From NCBI RefSeq assembly GCF_000253055.1, contig NC_016070.1, positions 1,110,001 to 1,142,000 of the forward strand: a stretch of DNA of 32,000 nucleotides, given 5' to 3'. Positions 7,250 to 15,433 of the stretch are shown one piece after another. The stretch comes from Thermoproteus tenax Kra 1. Lineage in GTDB: Archaea > Thermoproteota > Thermoprotei > Thermoproteales > Thermoproteaceae. A program made the translations under genes and the position numbers. The stretch's first letter is position 1. Each line of letters opens with the position of its first letter. A model generated the notes under the pieces. It did no database searches, had not been told where the DNA came from, and was given only the letters and a program-made list of their open reading frames with translations.

Positions 7250-8251
7250 GTCCGGCCAATAGGTCTCGTACAGCCTCATCCAATACCCGCTGACCAGCCT
7301 GTTCTTGCCCACCACGTCCACTATGGGAACATAGGCTATATCCCCGTTGCTGTAGGCGACCATCACTCCGTACCTGCCGTTCTCCACCGCCTCGTAGGCC
7401 GCCGTGGCGTACCTTACGGCCAAAATTCTGTCGAACGCCGTCGGCGGCACGCCTCTGATTGTGTGCCCAAGCACCACGGCCCTCGCCTCGATCCCGGTGC
7501 TCCTCTCTATATACTCCGCCAGCTCGTTTCCGACGCCCCCCAGCCTCGAGTGACCGTATTCATCCTTGGGCCCTCCGTACTCCTTGATCCCCTCGGAGAC
7601 CACTACAAGGGCCCAGCGCCTCTCGTTGTAGGCCTCCTTGACTCTCTTGGCCACCGAGTCCCAGCTCGCCGGCCTCTCAGGTATCAACACGGCGTCGGCC
7701 ATCGTCGACAGCCCCGTGAACAGCGCTATCCAGCCGGCCTCTCTGCCCATAACTTCGACGACGCCTATCCTTTCGTGGGAAATCAACGTGGTCTTGAAGG
7801 ACTCAGTCGCCTCTATCGCGGCGTTCACCGCCGAGTCGAAGCCTATGGTGTAGTCGGTGCCGTATACGTCGTTGTCTATCGTCTTCGGTATACCCACTGC
7901 GTCGAGTATGCCCCTCCTCTGGGCCTCTCCGGCGGCGCCCAACGTGTCGTCGCCCCCTATGGCCACTACGACGTCGAGCCCAAGCTCCTTCACGTTGCTC
8001 TCAAGCAGCCTCGCCCTCTCCTCGTCTTTGAACGGGTTGGTCCTGGACGTCCTTATGTACGTCCCGCCGGAGAAGGCGAAGTCCAACAAGTCGCGCGACG
8101 AGACCCTCTTGACCTCCTTATTCAACAGCCCCCTCCACCCGTGATATATCGCGTACACCTCGTGCTTCCTCTCGGCGAGTTTCACGAACGTGTAGACTGC
8201 TATGTTGAGGCCCGGGGCGTCGCCGCCCCCCGTCAGAACTCCTATCTTCAT
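7238..8251 (-). CDS. pfp: Pyrophosphate-dependent 6-phosphofructokinase (PPi-PFK)
   Basis: 337 aa. It has the PFK family N-terminus MKIGVLTGGGDAPGLN, plus IGGDDT and PKTIDND motifs. Its start overlaps the fba stop by ATGA (8248-8251). Length and context match the PPi-PFK I recall from Thermoproteus tenax. Confidence 0.9.
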   Translation of the reverse strand: MKIGVLTGGGDAPGLNIAVYTFVKLAERKHEVYAIYHGWRGLLNKEVKRVSSRDLLDFAFSGGTYIRTSRTNPFKDEERARLLESNVKELGLDVVVAIGGDDTLGAAGEAQRRGILDAVGIPKTIDNDVYGTDYTIGFDSAVNAAIEATESFKTTLISHERIGVVEVMGREAGWIALFTGLSTMADAVLIPERPASWDSVAKRVKEAYNERRWALVVVSEGIKEYGGPKDEYGHSRLGGVGNELAEYIERSTGIEARAVVLGHTIRGVPPTAFDRILAVRYATAAYEAVENGRYGVMVAYSNGDIAYVPIVDVVGKNRLVSGYWMRLYETYWPDLAG

Positions 8252-9039
8252 ACGTTCAGAGGCTCGGCCAGCTTCTTTCCGCCGTACACCAACTCTGCAA
8301 GCGCTCTGGCGAACTTGAGGGCGTCCCTCCTCTGCCAGACGTTTCTGCCGACGGCAATGCCCAAGGCCCCCGCCTCAAGGACTCCCTCCACTTGTTTGAG
8401 GAAGTCCTCCTCAGTCTTCGTCTTGGGGCCTCCGGACATAAGCACAGGCACTTTGCCGGCCACTTTGACGGCCCAGGAGAAGGTCTTGGGATCTCCCGTG
8501 TACTTTATCTTCATAGCATCTGCGCCGAGCTCCAGGGCTATTCTCGCCGCGTAGGCGACGATCTCAGGCGCCGTCTCGTTGACGACTTTCCCGCCCCTCG
8601 GGTACGACCAGACCACCAGGGGCAGGTCGAATTTAACGGCGTCCCTCTTAATTCTGGCCAGCTCCTCAAACATCTTCCACTCAAAGCCGCTGCCTGGGTA
8701 TATTGTGTAGCCCACGGCGCTTGCGCCGAGGCTTACGGCCTCCTCGACGCTACAGTTGGCCACCGACACAGGCTCGCCGTTGTACAACGTCGTCTTGCCG
8801 TTGAGCTTCAATATCAGCGGCACGCTCCCGTCGTAGTACTTCTCGGCGATGCCCCTCTGGAACACAACTCCGTCGAAGCCGGCGTCCCTCGCGAGCCTCA
8901 GTATATACTCCGGGTCGGCTGAATCCGGGTTGTCCATGAAGTCCGCGGGCCCGTGCTCAATGCCGTGGTCGTAGGCCAGTATTATGGACTTCCCCCTCCT
9001 CGCGAATATCCTTAAGAATTTCTCGGTGAGGTTTGCCAT
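8248..9039 (-). CDS. fba: Archaeal class IA fructose-1,6-bisphosphate aldolase
   Basis: 263 aa, DhnA/FBPA class IA-like TIM-barrel sequence (ILAYDHGIEHGP, Schiff-base region AMKIKYTG). It lies immediately upstream of pfp and is translationally coupled to it. Confidence 0.9.
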   Translation of the reverse strand: MANLTEKFLRIFARRGKSIILAYDHGIEHGPADFMDNPDSADPEYILRLARDAGFDGVVFQRGIAEKYYDGSVPLILKLNGKTTLYNGEPVSVANCSVEEAVSLGASAVGYTIYPGSGFEWKMFEELARIKRDAVKFDLPLVVWSYPRGGKVVNETAPEIVAYAARIALELGADAMKIKYTGDPKTFSWAVKVAGKVPVLMSGGPKTKTEEDFLKQVEGVLEAGALGIAVGRNVWQRRDALKFARALAELVYGGKKLAEPLNV

Positions 9040-9057
9040 TGATCCTTGAGCAATTAT

Positions 9058-9072
9058 CCATTTTAATATCTT
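9058..9072 (-). promoter_or_regulatory. TATA-like box for the fba-pfp operon
   Basis: The minus strand reads ATATTAAAA (plus-strand TTTTAATAT at 9061-9069), centred about 26 nt upstream of the fba ATG at 9039. This is the spacing expected for a leaderless archaeal transcript. Confidence 0.45.
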
Positions 9073-9264
9073 TTTGTCTAAAGTATATTATTAAGTAGAG
9101 CAATTAATATAATGGGATATGAGTTTTATGATTTTATTGAAGTATATCTCTTGGATGCGCGTTAAATCGTTATATCGAGTCGACCGACGCCGCCATTGAG
9201 GCGGAGCCCCTCGGGCGGCTCCGCCCGCGTTAACTCTATAAACAAGAGTCCGAAAGAGGGGTCC

Positions 9265-10119
9265 ATGCTCAGAGGGGCTATATCGGCGGTGTTGTCGTCG
9301 GACGAGGCCAGGGCGCGGGAGATCGCTGAGAGGCTCGGCAAGAGGGCCAGAGGTGAGGAGGGCGTGTACTACAGGAAGGTCGGCGAGCTTGTCAGAAGCG
9401 TCCTCGTGCCTGGCAACGGGAGCTTTCTTGATCTGGCGCGGGCTGTGTCGATATCTTCGTCTTTCTATCTCTATATGCCCCAGTTCACTTGGGCCGAGGG
9501 AGAGCTGGCTCTTCTCGTCGAGGCGGCGGGGATCCAAGGGGTCGTTATGGCCGAGGACAGACGAGCGTTCTCCAAATACTTCGGGGAGTTGGCTATGTCG
9601 AAGTATCTCTCGGACTTCAGAGAGTTGGACGTCGAAGTTCCCGACGTCGGGATAGTCTACGTGGACAGAGCCTTCAACGTGAGAGGGGTCGGGCTGGTGG
9701 CGCTCGGCTACGCTATGACGCAGATCGCCGTGCACGACGAGCTCGTCGCATTCCCAGGGGGCAAAAGGGTCGAGGTAAAGAGCATACAAGTGTTGGATGA
9801 AGACCAAGACGCGGTGGGACCCGGCGCGAGGGTCGGCTTGGCTCTCAAGGGGGCCAGCCTGGAGGAAATAAGGGAGGCGCAGGCGCTCCTCAAGCCCGGC
9901 GTCAAGACCGCGAGGGAGCTCAAATATGTGAAGTTCAAATGGAGCGAGGAGCCCAGAGACGTCCACGTGTTCATCAGAGGCGTCAAGGCCATGGGGAGGG
10001 CCGAGGGCGATACAATAAAGCTGAACGGAGAGATCCCGGCGGCGCCCGGGAGGGCCTTGGTAGTCAATGTGAACGCCAGGCCGAAAAAGCCCAGAGTTGT
10101 CGGCTACGCCGAGTTGTGA
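9265..10119 (+). CDS. EF-Tu/SelB domain-II-containing protein with a degenerate (P-loop-less) N-terminal G-like domain
   Basis: VDRAFNVRGVGLVALGYAMTQIAVHDELVAFPGGKRVEVKSIQVLDEDQDAVGPGARVGLALKG aligns convincingly with the translation-factor beta-barrel domain II. The N-terminal ~130 aa has no GxxxxGK[ST]. The track ORF starts at 9196, but ATG 9265 (MLRGAISAV) removes a basic, low-complexity extension. Confidence 0.6.
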   Translation: MLRGAISAVLSSDEARAREIAERLGKRARGEEGVYYRKVGELVRSVLVPGNGSFLDLARAVSISSSFYLYMPQFTWAEGELALLVEAAGIQGVVMAEDRRAFSKYFGELAMSKYLSDFRELDVEVPDVGIVYVDRAFNVRGVGLVALGYAMTQIAVHDELVAFPGGKRVEVKSIQVLDEDQDAVGPGARVGLALKGASLEEIREAQALLKPGVKTARELKYVKFKWSEEPRDVHVFIRGVKAMGRAEGDTIKLNGEIPAAPGRALVVNVNARPKKPRVVGYAEL

Positions 10120-10124
10120 GGGAG

Positions 10125-10556
10125 CTATCTCGTCTCGCTGACCATCTTTAAATTCTCCTCCATACAGCTGCCCATATGCTTCAAGAGGGTCAACATTATG
10201 CCCATAGCCTTTTGGACCTCGGGATCGCCCATCGCCTTCAACAGACCGAAGAGGCCCACTTTGGGCGCGCCCTGCTCAGCTATCTGTCTCAAGGCCTTGC
10301 TCGTGCACTGGACTCCTCCCTGCATAGCGGCGCCCATGGCGTTGATGTCGGCCGAGTCCATTATGGCCAACATAGATATCGCGGGCGCCGCCACTTTGAA
10401 CACTTGGATGTCGGCCATTAGGTGGGGCAGCTTCTCCAAGACGATCTTGAGGGGCAGAAGCAACGAGCTCAGCTCCTCGACCTCCTTCCTCAATGCCTCC
10501 ACTTGCGCCAGGAGCCTCTCGTACTCGGCCTTGGGTATAGTCACAACCTCGGTCAT
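10125..10556 (-). CDS. DUF1641-domain protein (partner of SQR/NADH-dehydrogenase-like flavoproteins)
   Basis: 143 aa with a coiled-coil N-terminus. The C-terminal GLFGLLKAMGDPEVQKAMGIMLTLLKHMG matches the DUF1641 signature as I recall it. Its ATG overlaps the upstream flavoprotein stop (ATGA at 10553-10556). Confidence 0.65.
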   Translation of the reverse strand: MTEVVTIPKAEYERLLAQVEALRKEVEELSSLLLPLKIVLEKLPHLMADIQVFKVAAPAISMLAIMDSADINAMGAAMQGGVQCTSKALRQIAEQGAPKVGLFGLLKAMGDPEVQKAMGIMLTLLKHMGSCMEENLKMVSETR

Positions 10557-11713
10557 GGCACTACGCCCAACAGCCAGTTGAAGTACACTTTCTCGAACAT
10601 CTCTTTGAATATCCTAGTCACAGGCGACGGCGGCAGGAACATACAGTCAGGGTAGGGCTTGAGCTTTTTGACGTACGGAGTGAAGTCGCAGGCGGCGGCC
10701 ATTCCGTAGGCTCCGACGTCTAGGGCGCAGGTCCCCACGATTCTGAACGGCGGATTCCCAATGGAGACGCCCGCCACGTCGGCCACTATGTTGTTGACGA
10801 CCCAGGGGGCGTAGGAGTGCAGTATAGTGCCAGCCATGCCGACCGGCAGGTTGGGGGCCACTAGGTCGCCGATGAGGTACACGTCGTCGTACTTCTCGCT
10901 GCGGAAGTCGCCGTTGGGCGGGCTCCTGATGGCGCCCCAGCCGTTCTTGGCCAAATCCGAGTTCAAGACTGCGTCCGGCGCCTTGTGCGGCGGGACGATG
11001 AACGCGGCGTCGAACTTGACTCTCTCGCCGGTGGCTGTCTCCAGCTCGTTTTTGCCCAACGACTTAATGGCCGGGTTCTGGCCCACGCCTATGTACTCCA
11101 CGCCCAGCTGTTGTAGGAAGCTGGTCATCCATTTGGCGGCCACCGGCCCGAAGTTCTCGAAGGGCCTCTTCATGGGGTGCACCACCACGATCTTCACTTT
11201 GTCCCTCAAATTCCTCGTGAGGTAGTAGAAATGCGTCAACATCGCGAGCTCTATGGGGGCGGGCGGGCAGCGGTACGGCATACTGTGGACGCCTATGACG
11301 ACGGTGCCCTGTTTCACATTGGCCAGAGTCTCCGCCACCTTCAGAGAGGGCTCAAGCTCCCACGTATGCGGAAAGCCTGTGTCGATAGTCTCGGCGCCTA
11401 ACGCCACTATGAGGACGTCGTACGCCATATCGCCCGCGGTGGTCTTCACCTTTCTATTGGCTGGGTCGATCGCAGTGACCTTCGCTTTGACGAATTTAAC
11501 TCCATATCTCTCAACCAACGATAGAGGCGCCGATATCTGCTCCGGCCTTCTGTACCCGAACGCAACGTAGAGGTAGGACGGTCTGAACTCGGTTCTGTCA
11601 TTCATATCGACCAGAGTTATCTCTGCGTCTTGCGGCCCGAGCCTCTCCCTTAGCTCCTTCGCCATTATCAAGCCGCCAGTCCCTCCTCCGAGTATCAATA
11701 TTTTTTTAGGCAT
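10553..11713 (-). CDS. FAD-dependent pyridine nucleotide-disulfide oxidoreductase, sulfide:quinone oxidoreductase-like
   Basis: Starting at the internal ATG 11713 gives MPKKILILGGGTGGLIMAKEL (Rossmann GxGxxG). It also has candidate redox cysteines in PYRCPPAPIE and VGTCALD, and a second dinucleotide motif near YLIGD. The longer track ORF (to 11890) overlaps the upstream gene and is rejected. Confidence 0.75.
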   Translation of the reverse strand: MPKKILILGGGTGGLIMAKELRERLGPQDAEITLVDMNDRTEFRPSYLYVAFGYRRPEQISAPLSLVERYGVKFVKAKVTAIDPANRKVKTTAGDMAYDVLIVALGAETIDTGFPHTWELEPSLKVAETLANVKQGTVVIGVHSMPYRCPPAPIELAMLTHFYYLTRNLRDKVKIVVVHPMKRPFENFGPVAAKWMTSFLQQLGVEYIGVGQNPAIKSLGKNELETATGERVKFDAAFIVPPHKAPDAVLNSDLAKNGWGAIRSPPNGDFRSEKYDDVYLIGDLVAPNLPVGMAGTILHSYAPWVVNNIVADVAGVSIGNPPFRIVGTCALDVGAYGMAAACDFTPYVKKLKPYPDCMFLPPSPVTRIFKEMFEKVYFNWLLGVVP

Positions 11714-11783
11714 ATCGGGCGAGAAAGAGCACATAAACTTAAGCTTAGCTATAATCTGTGTACATAAATAGACGTATAGCTGG

Positions 11784-12236
11784 CTAGGCAGATGAGAGGC
11801 CGCAGTCCACGTATAATATATCCTCGGCCTGCTCCGTCCTGCAGCCGACTCCGTCCATGAGCCCCTTGATGGTGGCCAGAATGGCGGCATCGGAAGATCT
11901 GAAGGCGTTGCCCGCCCTGTGAACCCCGAAGATCTGCGGGCCCACCCTCGTCATCACGTCGAGAAACTCCGCCGGGCCGTAGTAGGCGCGAAGGAGGGCG
12001 CCGGCCTTTAGCCCAACTTCGTATCCCCCTCTCCCCAAGCCCAAGGCCCGGGCGATTCTACACACATGTGGGACGTCCACTGGGTCGACGCCGTGGTCGA
12101 CTAGGTCCAACGCCGCTCTGACCAACGCAGTAACGACGTCTGTGTACCTCCTGCCTATCTTTTTGAGCCTCTTGGAGAGCTCCTCGGCAAGCCCCTTCTC
12201 CACGGCGAGCCGCGCGTACTTCGGAGCCATGTACAC
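11784..12236 (-). CDS. Hypothetical protein with an N-terminal ribbon-helix-helix-like segment (paralog B)
   Basis: 150 aa. ARLAVEKGLAEELSKRLKKIGRRYTDVVTALVRAALDLV fits a beta-alpha-alpha RHH pattern. The C-terminal GVGCRTEQAEDILYVDC resembles EFGCRAEVKAAGLAVEV in the neighbouring protein. Confidence 0.5.
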   Translation of the reverse strand: MYMAPKYARLAVEKGLAEELSKRLKKIGRRYTDVVTALVRAALDLVDHGVDPVDVPHVCRIARALGLGRGGYEVGLKAGALLRAYYGPAEFLDVMTRVGPQIFGVHRAGNAFRSSDAAILATIKGLMDGVGCRTEQAEDILYVDCGLSSA

Positions 12237-12251
12237 AAATGTTCACTATTT

Positions 12252-12809
12252 TTAATTGCAACGCGCCTTCACCTCGACGGCCAGCCCTGCCGCCTTCACC
12301 TCAGCTCTGCAGCCGAACTCGCCGGCCGCCTCCTCCACGAAATAATAGAAACACTTCTCCAGCCCCTCTCCCGGCGCAGTGAAGGCGATCCTCCACTCTT
12401 GGTCGGACCGAGACGCGGTTATCTTCACGGCAGGTAGATAGGAGAAGAAGACCACCGCCGTGGACACAGCCTCGGAGAAGGAGCCGTACACTGAGGCGGC
12501 CAGTCTGCCGAACTTTCTGCCGCTGTCCCTCAACACCTCCTGAACATCTCTGTCCTCACATATGTTCCACTTATGCGCCAGAGTCTGGAGCAGGGCGAGC
12601 GGGGCGGGGATTATATCGAAGGCCAACAGGAGCTCGAAGAATTTGTATAAATCGAGCGCCTTAGTGGGCGTGACGCCCCTCCTCAGCAGGGCCATGGCCA
12701 ACTTCAGCGAGTCGGAGACCACCTTGCTCTCTTGGAGCCCTTGGGCCTTGGCGGCGGCTGAGACCTCCTCTGCGATGTCCTTGTCCACAGGTAGACTCGT
12801 CTTGGACAT
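12252..12809 (-). CDS. Hypothetical protein with an N-terminal ribbon-helix-helix-like segment (paralog A)
   Basis: 185 aa. SLPVDKDIAEEVSAAAKAQGLQESKVVSDSLKLAMALL fits an RHH pattern. It lies 15 nt upstream of paralog B and 23 nt downstream of nadE. Confidence 0.5.
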   Translation of the reverse strand: MSKTSLPVDKDIAEEVSAAAKAQGLQESKVVSDSLKLAMALLRRGVTPTKALDLYKFFELLLAFDIIPAPLALLQTLAHKWNICEDRDVQEVLRDSGRKFGRLAASVYGSFSEAVSTAVVFFSYLPAVKITASRSDQEWRIAFTAPGEGLEKCFYYFVEEAAGEFGCRAEVKAAGLAVEVKARCN

Positions 12810-12832
12810 AAAATGGGCCGGCTCCCCGCCTT

Positions 12833-13660
12833 TTAGAAGCTTCTCCTCACTACGTACTGTTTTGCTTTGTCGAGTTGGGCGACGGGCGGAGGGGCCCGTT
12901 TGTGGGCGTTCTGTCTCACCCTCCTGAGGATCGTCTCCACCTTCGTCTTAGACACGCCGGTCTCCCTGGGGATATCCTCCTTGGGTATACCCAGCTCGTA
13001 AGCGTAGAGCACTAAGTCCACCTCTCCGTACTTTAGGCCCAGCTCCCCCTCGGCCGTGTGGCCTGCCCACAGCCTGGGCGCTGAGGGCTTCAGCGCTATA
13101 GACTCGGGGAGGCCCAAGAACTTCGCCATCTCTCTCACTTGCGTCTTGTAGAGATCGCCTATGGGCAATATGTCCACTCCGCCGTCTCCGTATTTGGTGA
13201 AATAGCCGAGCATGAGCTCGCTCTTGTCCCCCGTCCCGACGACGAGGAGGTTGTTCTTATTGGCGTAGTAGTACAACACGGCCATCCTTATCCTCGCCAT
13301 TAGATTGCCCCGGGCGACTGCGTCGTTCTCGTCATATATGGGGAGGTAGGAGAAGGCCGACAGAAGCTGGTCTATGGATATGACGTAGTGCCTCACGCCC
13401 AACCTCTTGGCGAGGGCGACTGCGTCCTCGACGTCTTGTCTGGGGGTGAAGCCGCTCGGGAGGACCAGGGCGGTGACCTTCCTAGGGCCGAGGGCCTCGG
13501 CGGTCAGAGCGAGAGTCGTACACGAGTCTACGCCGCCGCTGACGCCGACGACAGCCCCCTTGACTCTAGCCTCGGAGATGTACCGAGCTATAAAGTTCGT
13601 GATCTCATCCTTCGCTCTGCTGTAGTTTATGGCGCTGATTACGTCGGCCAGAGTTATCAT
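12833..13660 (-). CDS. nadE: NH3-dependent NAD+ synthetase
   Basis: 275 aa with the PP-loop GVSGGVDSCT. It has no glutaminase domain, so it is the ammonia-dependent type. Its start overlaps the glnK stop (ATGA at 13657-13660). Confidence 0.85.
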   Translation of the reverse strand: MITLADVISAINYSRAKDEITNFIARYISEARVKGAVVGVSGGVDSCTTLALTAEALGPRKVTALVLPSGFTPRQDVEDAVALAKRLGVRHYVISIDQLLSAFSYLPIYDENDAVARGNLMARIRMAVLYYYANKNNLLVVGTGDKSELMLGYFTKYGDGGVDILPIGDLYKTQVREMAKFLGLPESIALKPSAPRLWAGHTAEGELGLKYGEVDLVLYAYELGIPKEDIPRETGVSKTKVETILRRVRQNAHKRAPPPVAQLDKAKQYVVRRSF

Positions 13661-13983
13661 GCAAGCCTCTCGCCATTTCTAATTCTCCACGCCTCGAGCA
13701 CCGGTATAACGAAGATTCTGCCGTCCCCCAAGTGGCCCGTCCGGGCCGCCTCCATTATGACCTTGACCACCTTCTCGGCCTTGTCGTCCTCAACGGCGAC
13801 CTCGACCACCGCTCTGGGCAGAAGCGCCTCATACTTCCTCCCGCGGATAGTTATAGCGCCGCTTTCGCCTCCCATGCCGCCGACATCTCTATATACCGTC
13901 GCGCCCGTGAACCCCTCCTTGACCAACGCGTCAATGACGTCGGCGACTTTGTCCTCCCTTATCACCGCGCGGACTAGCCTCAT
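13657..13983 (-). CDS. glnK: PII nitrogen regulatory protein
   Basis: 108 aa with PII fold motifs: a Tyr at position 51 in RGRKYEALLP and the B-loop TGHLGDGRIFV. It is translationally coupled to amt (ATGA at 13980-13983). Confidence 0.85.
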   Translation of the reverse strand: MRLVRAVIREDKVADVIDALVKEGFTGATVYRDVGGMGGESGAITIRGRKYEALLPRAVVEVAVEDDKAEKVVKVIMEAARTGHLGDGRIFVIPVLEAWRIRNGERLA

Positions 13984-15215
13984 GGCCTGATAACGCCGTG
14001 GTCTACGGCGTCTAGTCCCACCAGCTCCTCCTCCTCAGTGACGCGGAAGCCCAGCTTGGCCAACGCCCAGAAGAAGGCTGCGGTGGTGGCCACTACGAAC
14101 GAGAGCGCGATGGCCATGCCAAGCCACTGGACCAATACCCAGCCCACAGGTCCTCCGTAGATCAAGCCGGCCATCCCGGCGACTTTGGGCGACGACAGTA
14201 TCGGAACCAAGGCGCTCCCCAAGACTCCGTTGAAGCCGTGGGCGGGGAGGCCGCCGACGGGGTCGTCTATGGGTATAAACCTCTCGACAAGCTTAGTGCC
14301 GTAGAAGGTGACGGCCCCCGCCAACGCCCCCACCAGAAAGGCTGAGGGCACTTCCACGAACCCAGCGAGGGGAGTTATCATGACGAGACCGCCGATCACT
14401 CCGCCTATGGCCTGGACGGGGCCCCAGACGCCCTCGCGCCTCGCCAGAAGTAGCGAGACGAGGCCGCCGAGAGAGCCTGCTATCGCCGTGTTTGCTATTG
14501 CGTAGCCGGTCTGCGGCGAAACGACCAGCGTGGAGCCTCCGTTGAAGCCGAACCATCCGAAGAACAATAGAGCGGTGCCCACGATGGCGTAGGGGAGCTC
14601 GGCCTTTCTGTACTCTATGGCCTCCTTGTAGGCGAAAGTGTGGTCCTCTCCGTTTAGGGCGGCGCGCTTGAGGAGGGAGTGCCCCAATATGGCCGTGGCC
14701 ACGGCCCCGGCGAGGCCGGCGTACGCGTGCACCACAGTCCCTCCGGCGAAGTCGCGCACACCATACCCCGGAACGCCGAGGTAGTTGCCCAAGTTGTACA
14801 AGAAGCCGTTCCCCCATATCCAGGAGGCCACTAGCGGCCACTGAACTGCCGAGAAGAACACAGCATATGCCAGCCAGCCCCCAAATTTAAGCCTTTCCGG
14901 CGCCCCAGCGAAGATCAACGCCAATGTCACTGCTCCGAAGGCCCCCAGGAAGAAGGCGTACACCAGATCGGGTATGCCGGCGTCGGACCCCACCGGCAGA
15001 TAGCCGTCCTGGAGAACCCCCGAGAAGTAGAACGGGAAAACTAGGAACCAGATAGGGAAAAAGACCATGAAGGCCAACATGCCCTTCATCATGGCGTTGA
15101 TGACGTTGGACCGGCGCACTAGGCCCGCCTCAAGAAAGCCTATTGCTGGTATCATTAGAAAGACCAATATGCCCCCCACGGCGGTCCAGATAGTGGCGCC
15201 CACGTCGATCTGCAT
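13980..15215 (-). CDS. amt: Ammonium transporter (Amt family)
   Basis: It is polytopic, with Amt motifs (FLEAGLVR, DFAGGTVVHAYAG, GFNGGS, HGFNGVLG). Start ATG 15215 (MQIDVGATIW) is preferred over the track start 15263 because a TATA-like box sits about 28 nt upstream of 15215. Confidence 0.85.
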   Translation of the reverse strand: MQIDVGATIWTAVGGILVFLMIPAIGFLEAGLVRRSNVINAMMKGMLAFMVFFPIWFLVFPFYFSGVLQDGYLPVGSDAGIPDLVYAFFLGAFGAVTLALIFAGAPERLKFGGWLAYAVFFSAVQWPLVASWIWGNGFLYNLGNYLGVPGYGVRDFAGGTVVHAYAGLAGAVATAILGHSLLKRAALNGEDHTFAYKEAIEYRKAELPYAIVGTALLFFGWFGFNGGSTLVVSPQTGYAIANTAIAGSLGGLVSLLLARREGVWGPVQAIGGVIGGLVMITPLAGFVEVPSAFLVGALAGAVTFYGTKLVERFIPIDDPVGGLPAHGFNGVLGSALVPILSSPKVAGMAGLIYGGPVGWVLVQWLGMAIALSFVVATTAAFFWALAKLGFRVTEEEELVGLDAVDHGVIRP

Positions 15216-15235
15216 AGGGCGCGTTCTCCGAGCTA

Positions 15236-15249
15236 ATAAATATATTTCC
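15236..15249 (-). promoter_or_regulatory. TATA-like box for the amt-glnK-nadE unit
   Basis: The minus strand reads AAATATATTTATTA, centred about 28 nt upstream of ATG 15215. Confidence 0.4.
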
Positions 15250-15433
15250 GGAAGAAAGTTCATATAACCTGTGATCTATTGGTATATTTTACATTTCTAT
15301 TCGTTGCCTATAAAAATGCTCCACATTATAACGAATCCTAACCCGAAAAAAGTTCCTTCTTAACTTAGAAAAGTTTGTCAAATAATATATAATCTATAAA
15401 GAGTTTTCAAAAAAGTATATAGGCTGATCTCAA

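Noticed and set aside
7463-8554. 363-aa plus-strand ORF spanning pfp and fba
   Set aside because: It is antisense to two strongly supported genes. It has Arg/Pro/Gly/Leu-rich composition with no motifs, which is a typical high-GC shadow ORF.
9091-9966. 291-aa minus-strand ORF
   Set aside because: It is antisense to the EF-Tu-domain-II gene and extends into the AT-rich spacer. It has no recognisable motifs.
11714-11890. N-terminal 59-aa extension of the SQR-like ORF
   Set aside because: The Rossmann fold begins right after the internal Met (MPKKILILGGGTGG). The extension overlaps the upstream gene's 3' end and reads as non-protein-like sequence.
14293-14841. Arg-rich 182-aa ORF inside amt (and similarly 18256-18735 and 18579-19124 inside amt2)
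   Set aside because: These are alternative-frame or antisense ORFs within well-supported Amt genes. Their composition is dominated by R, G and P.
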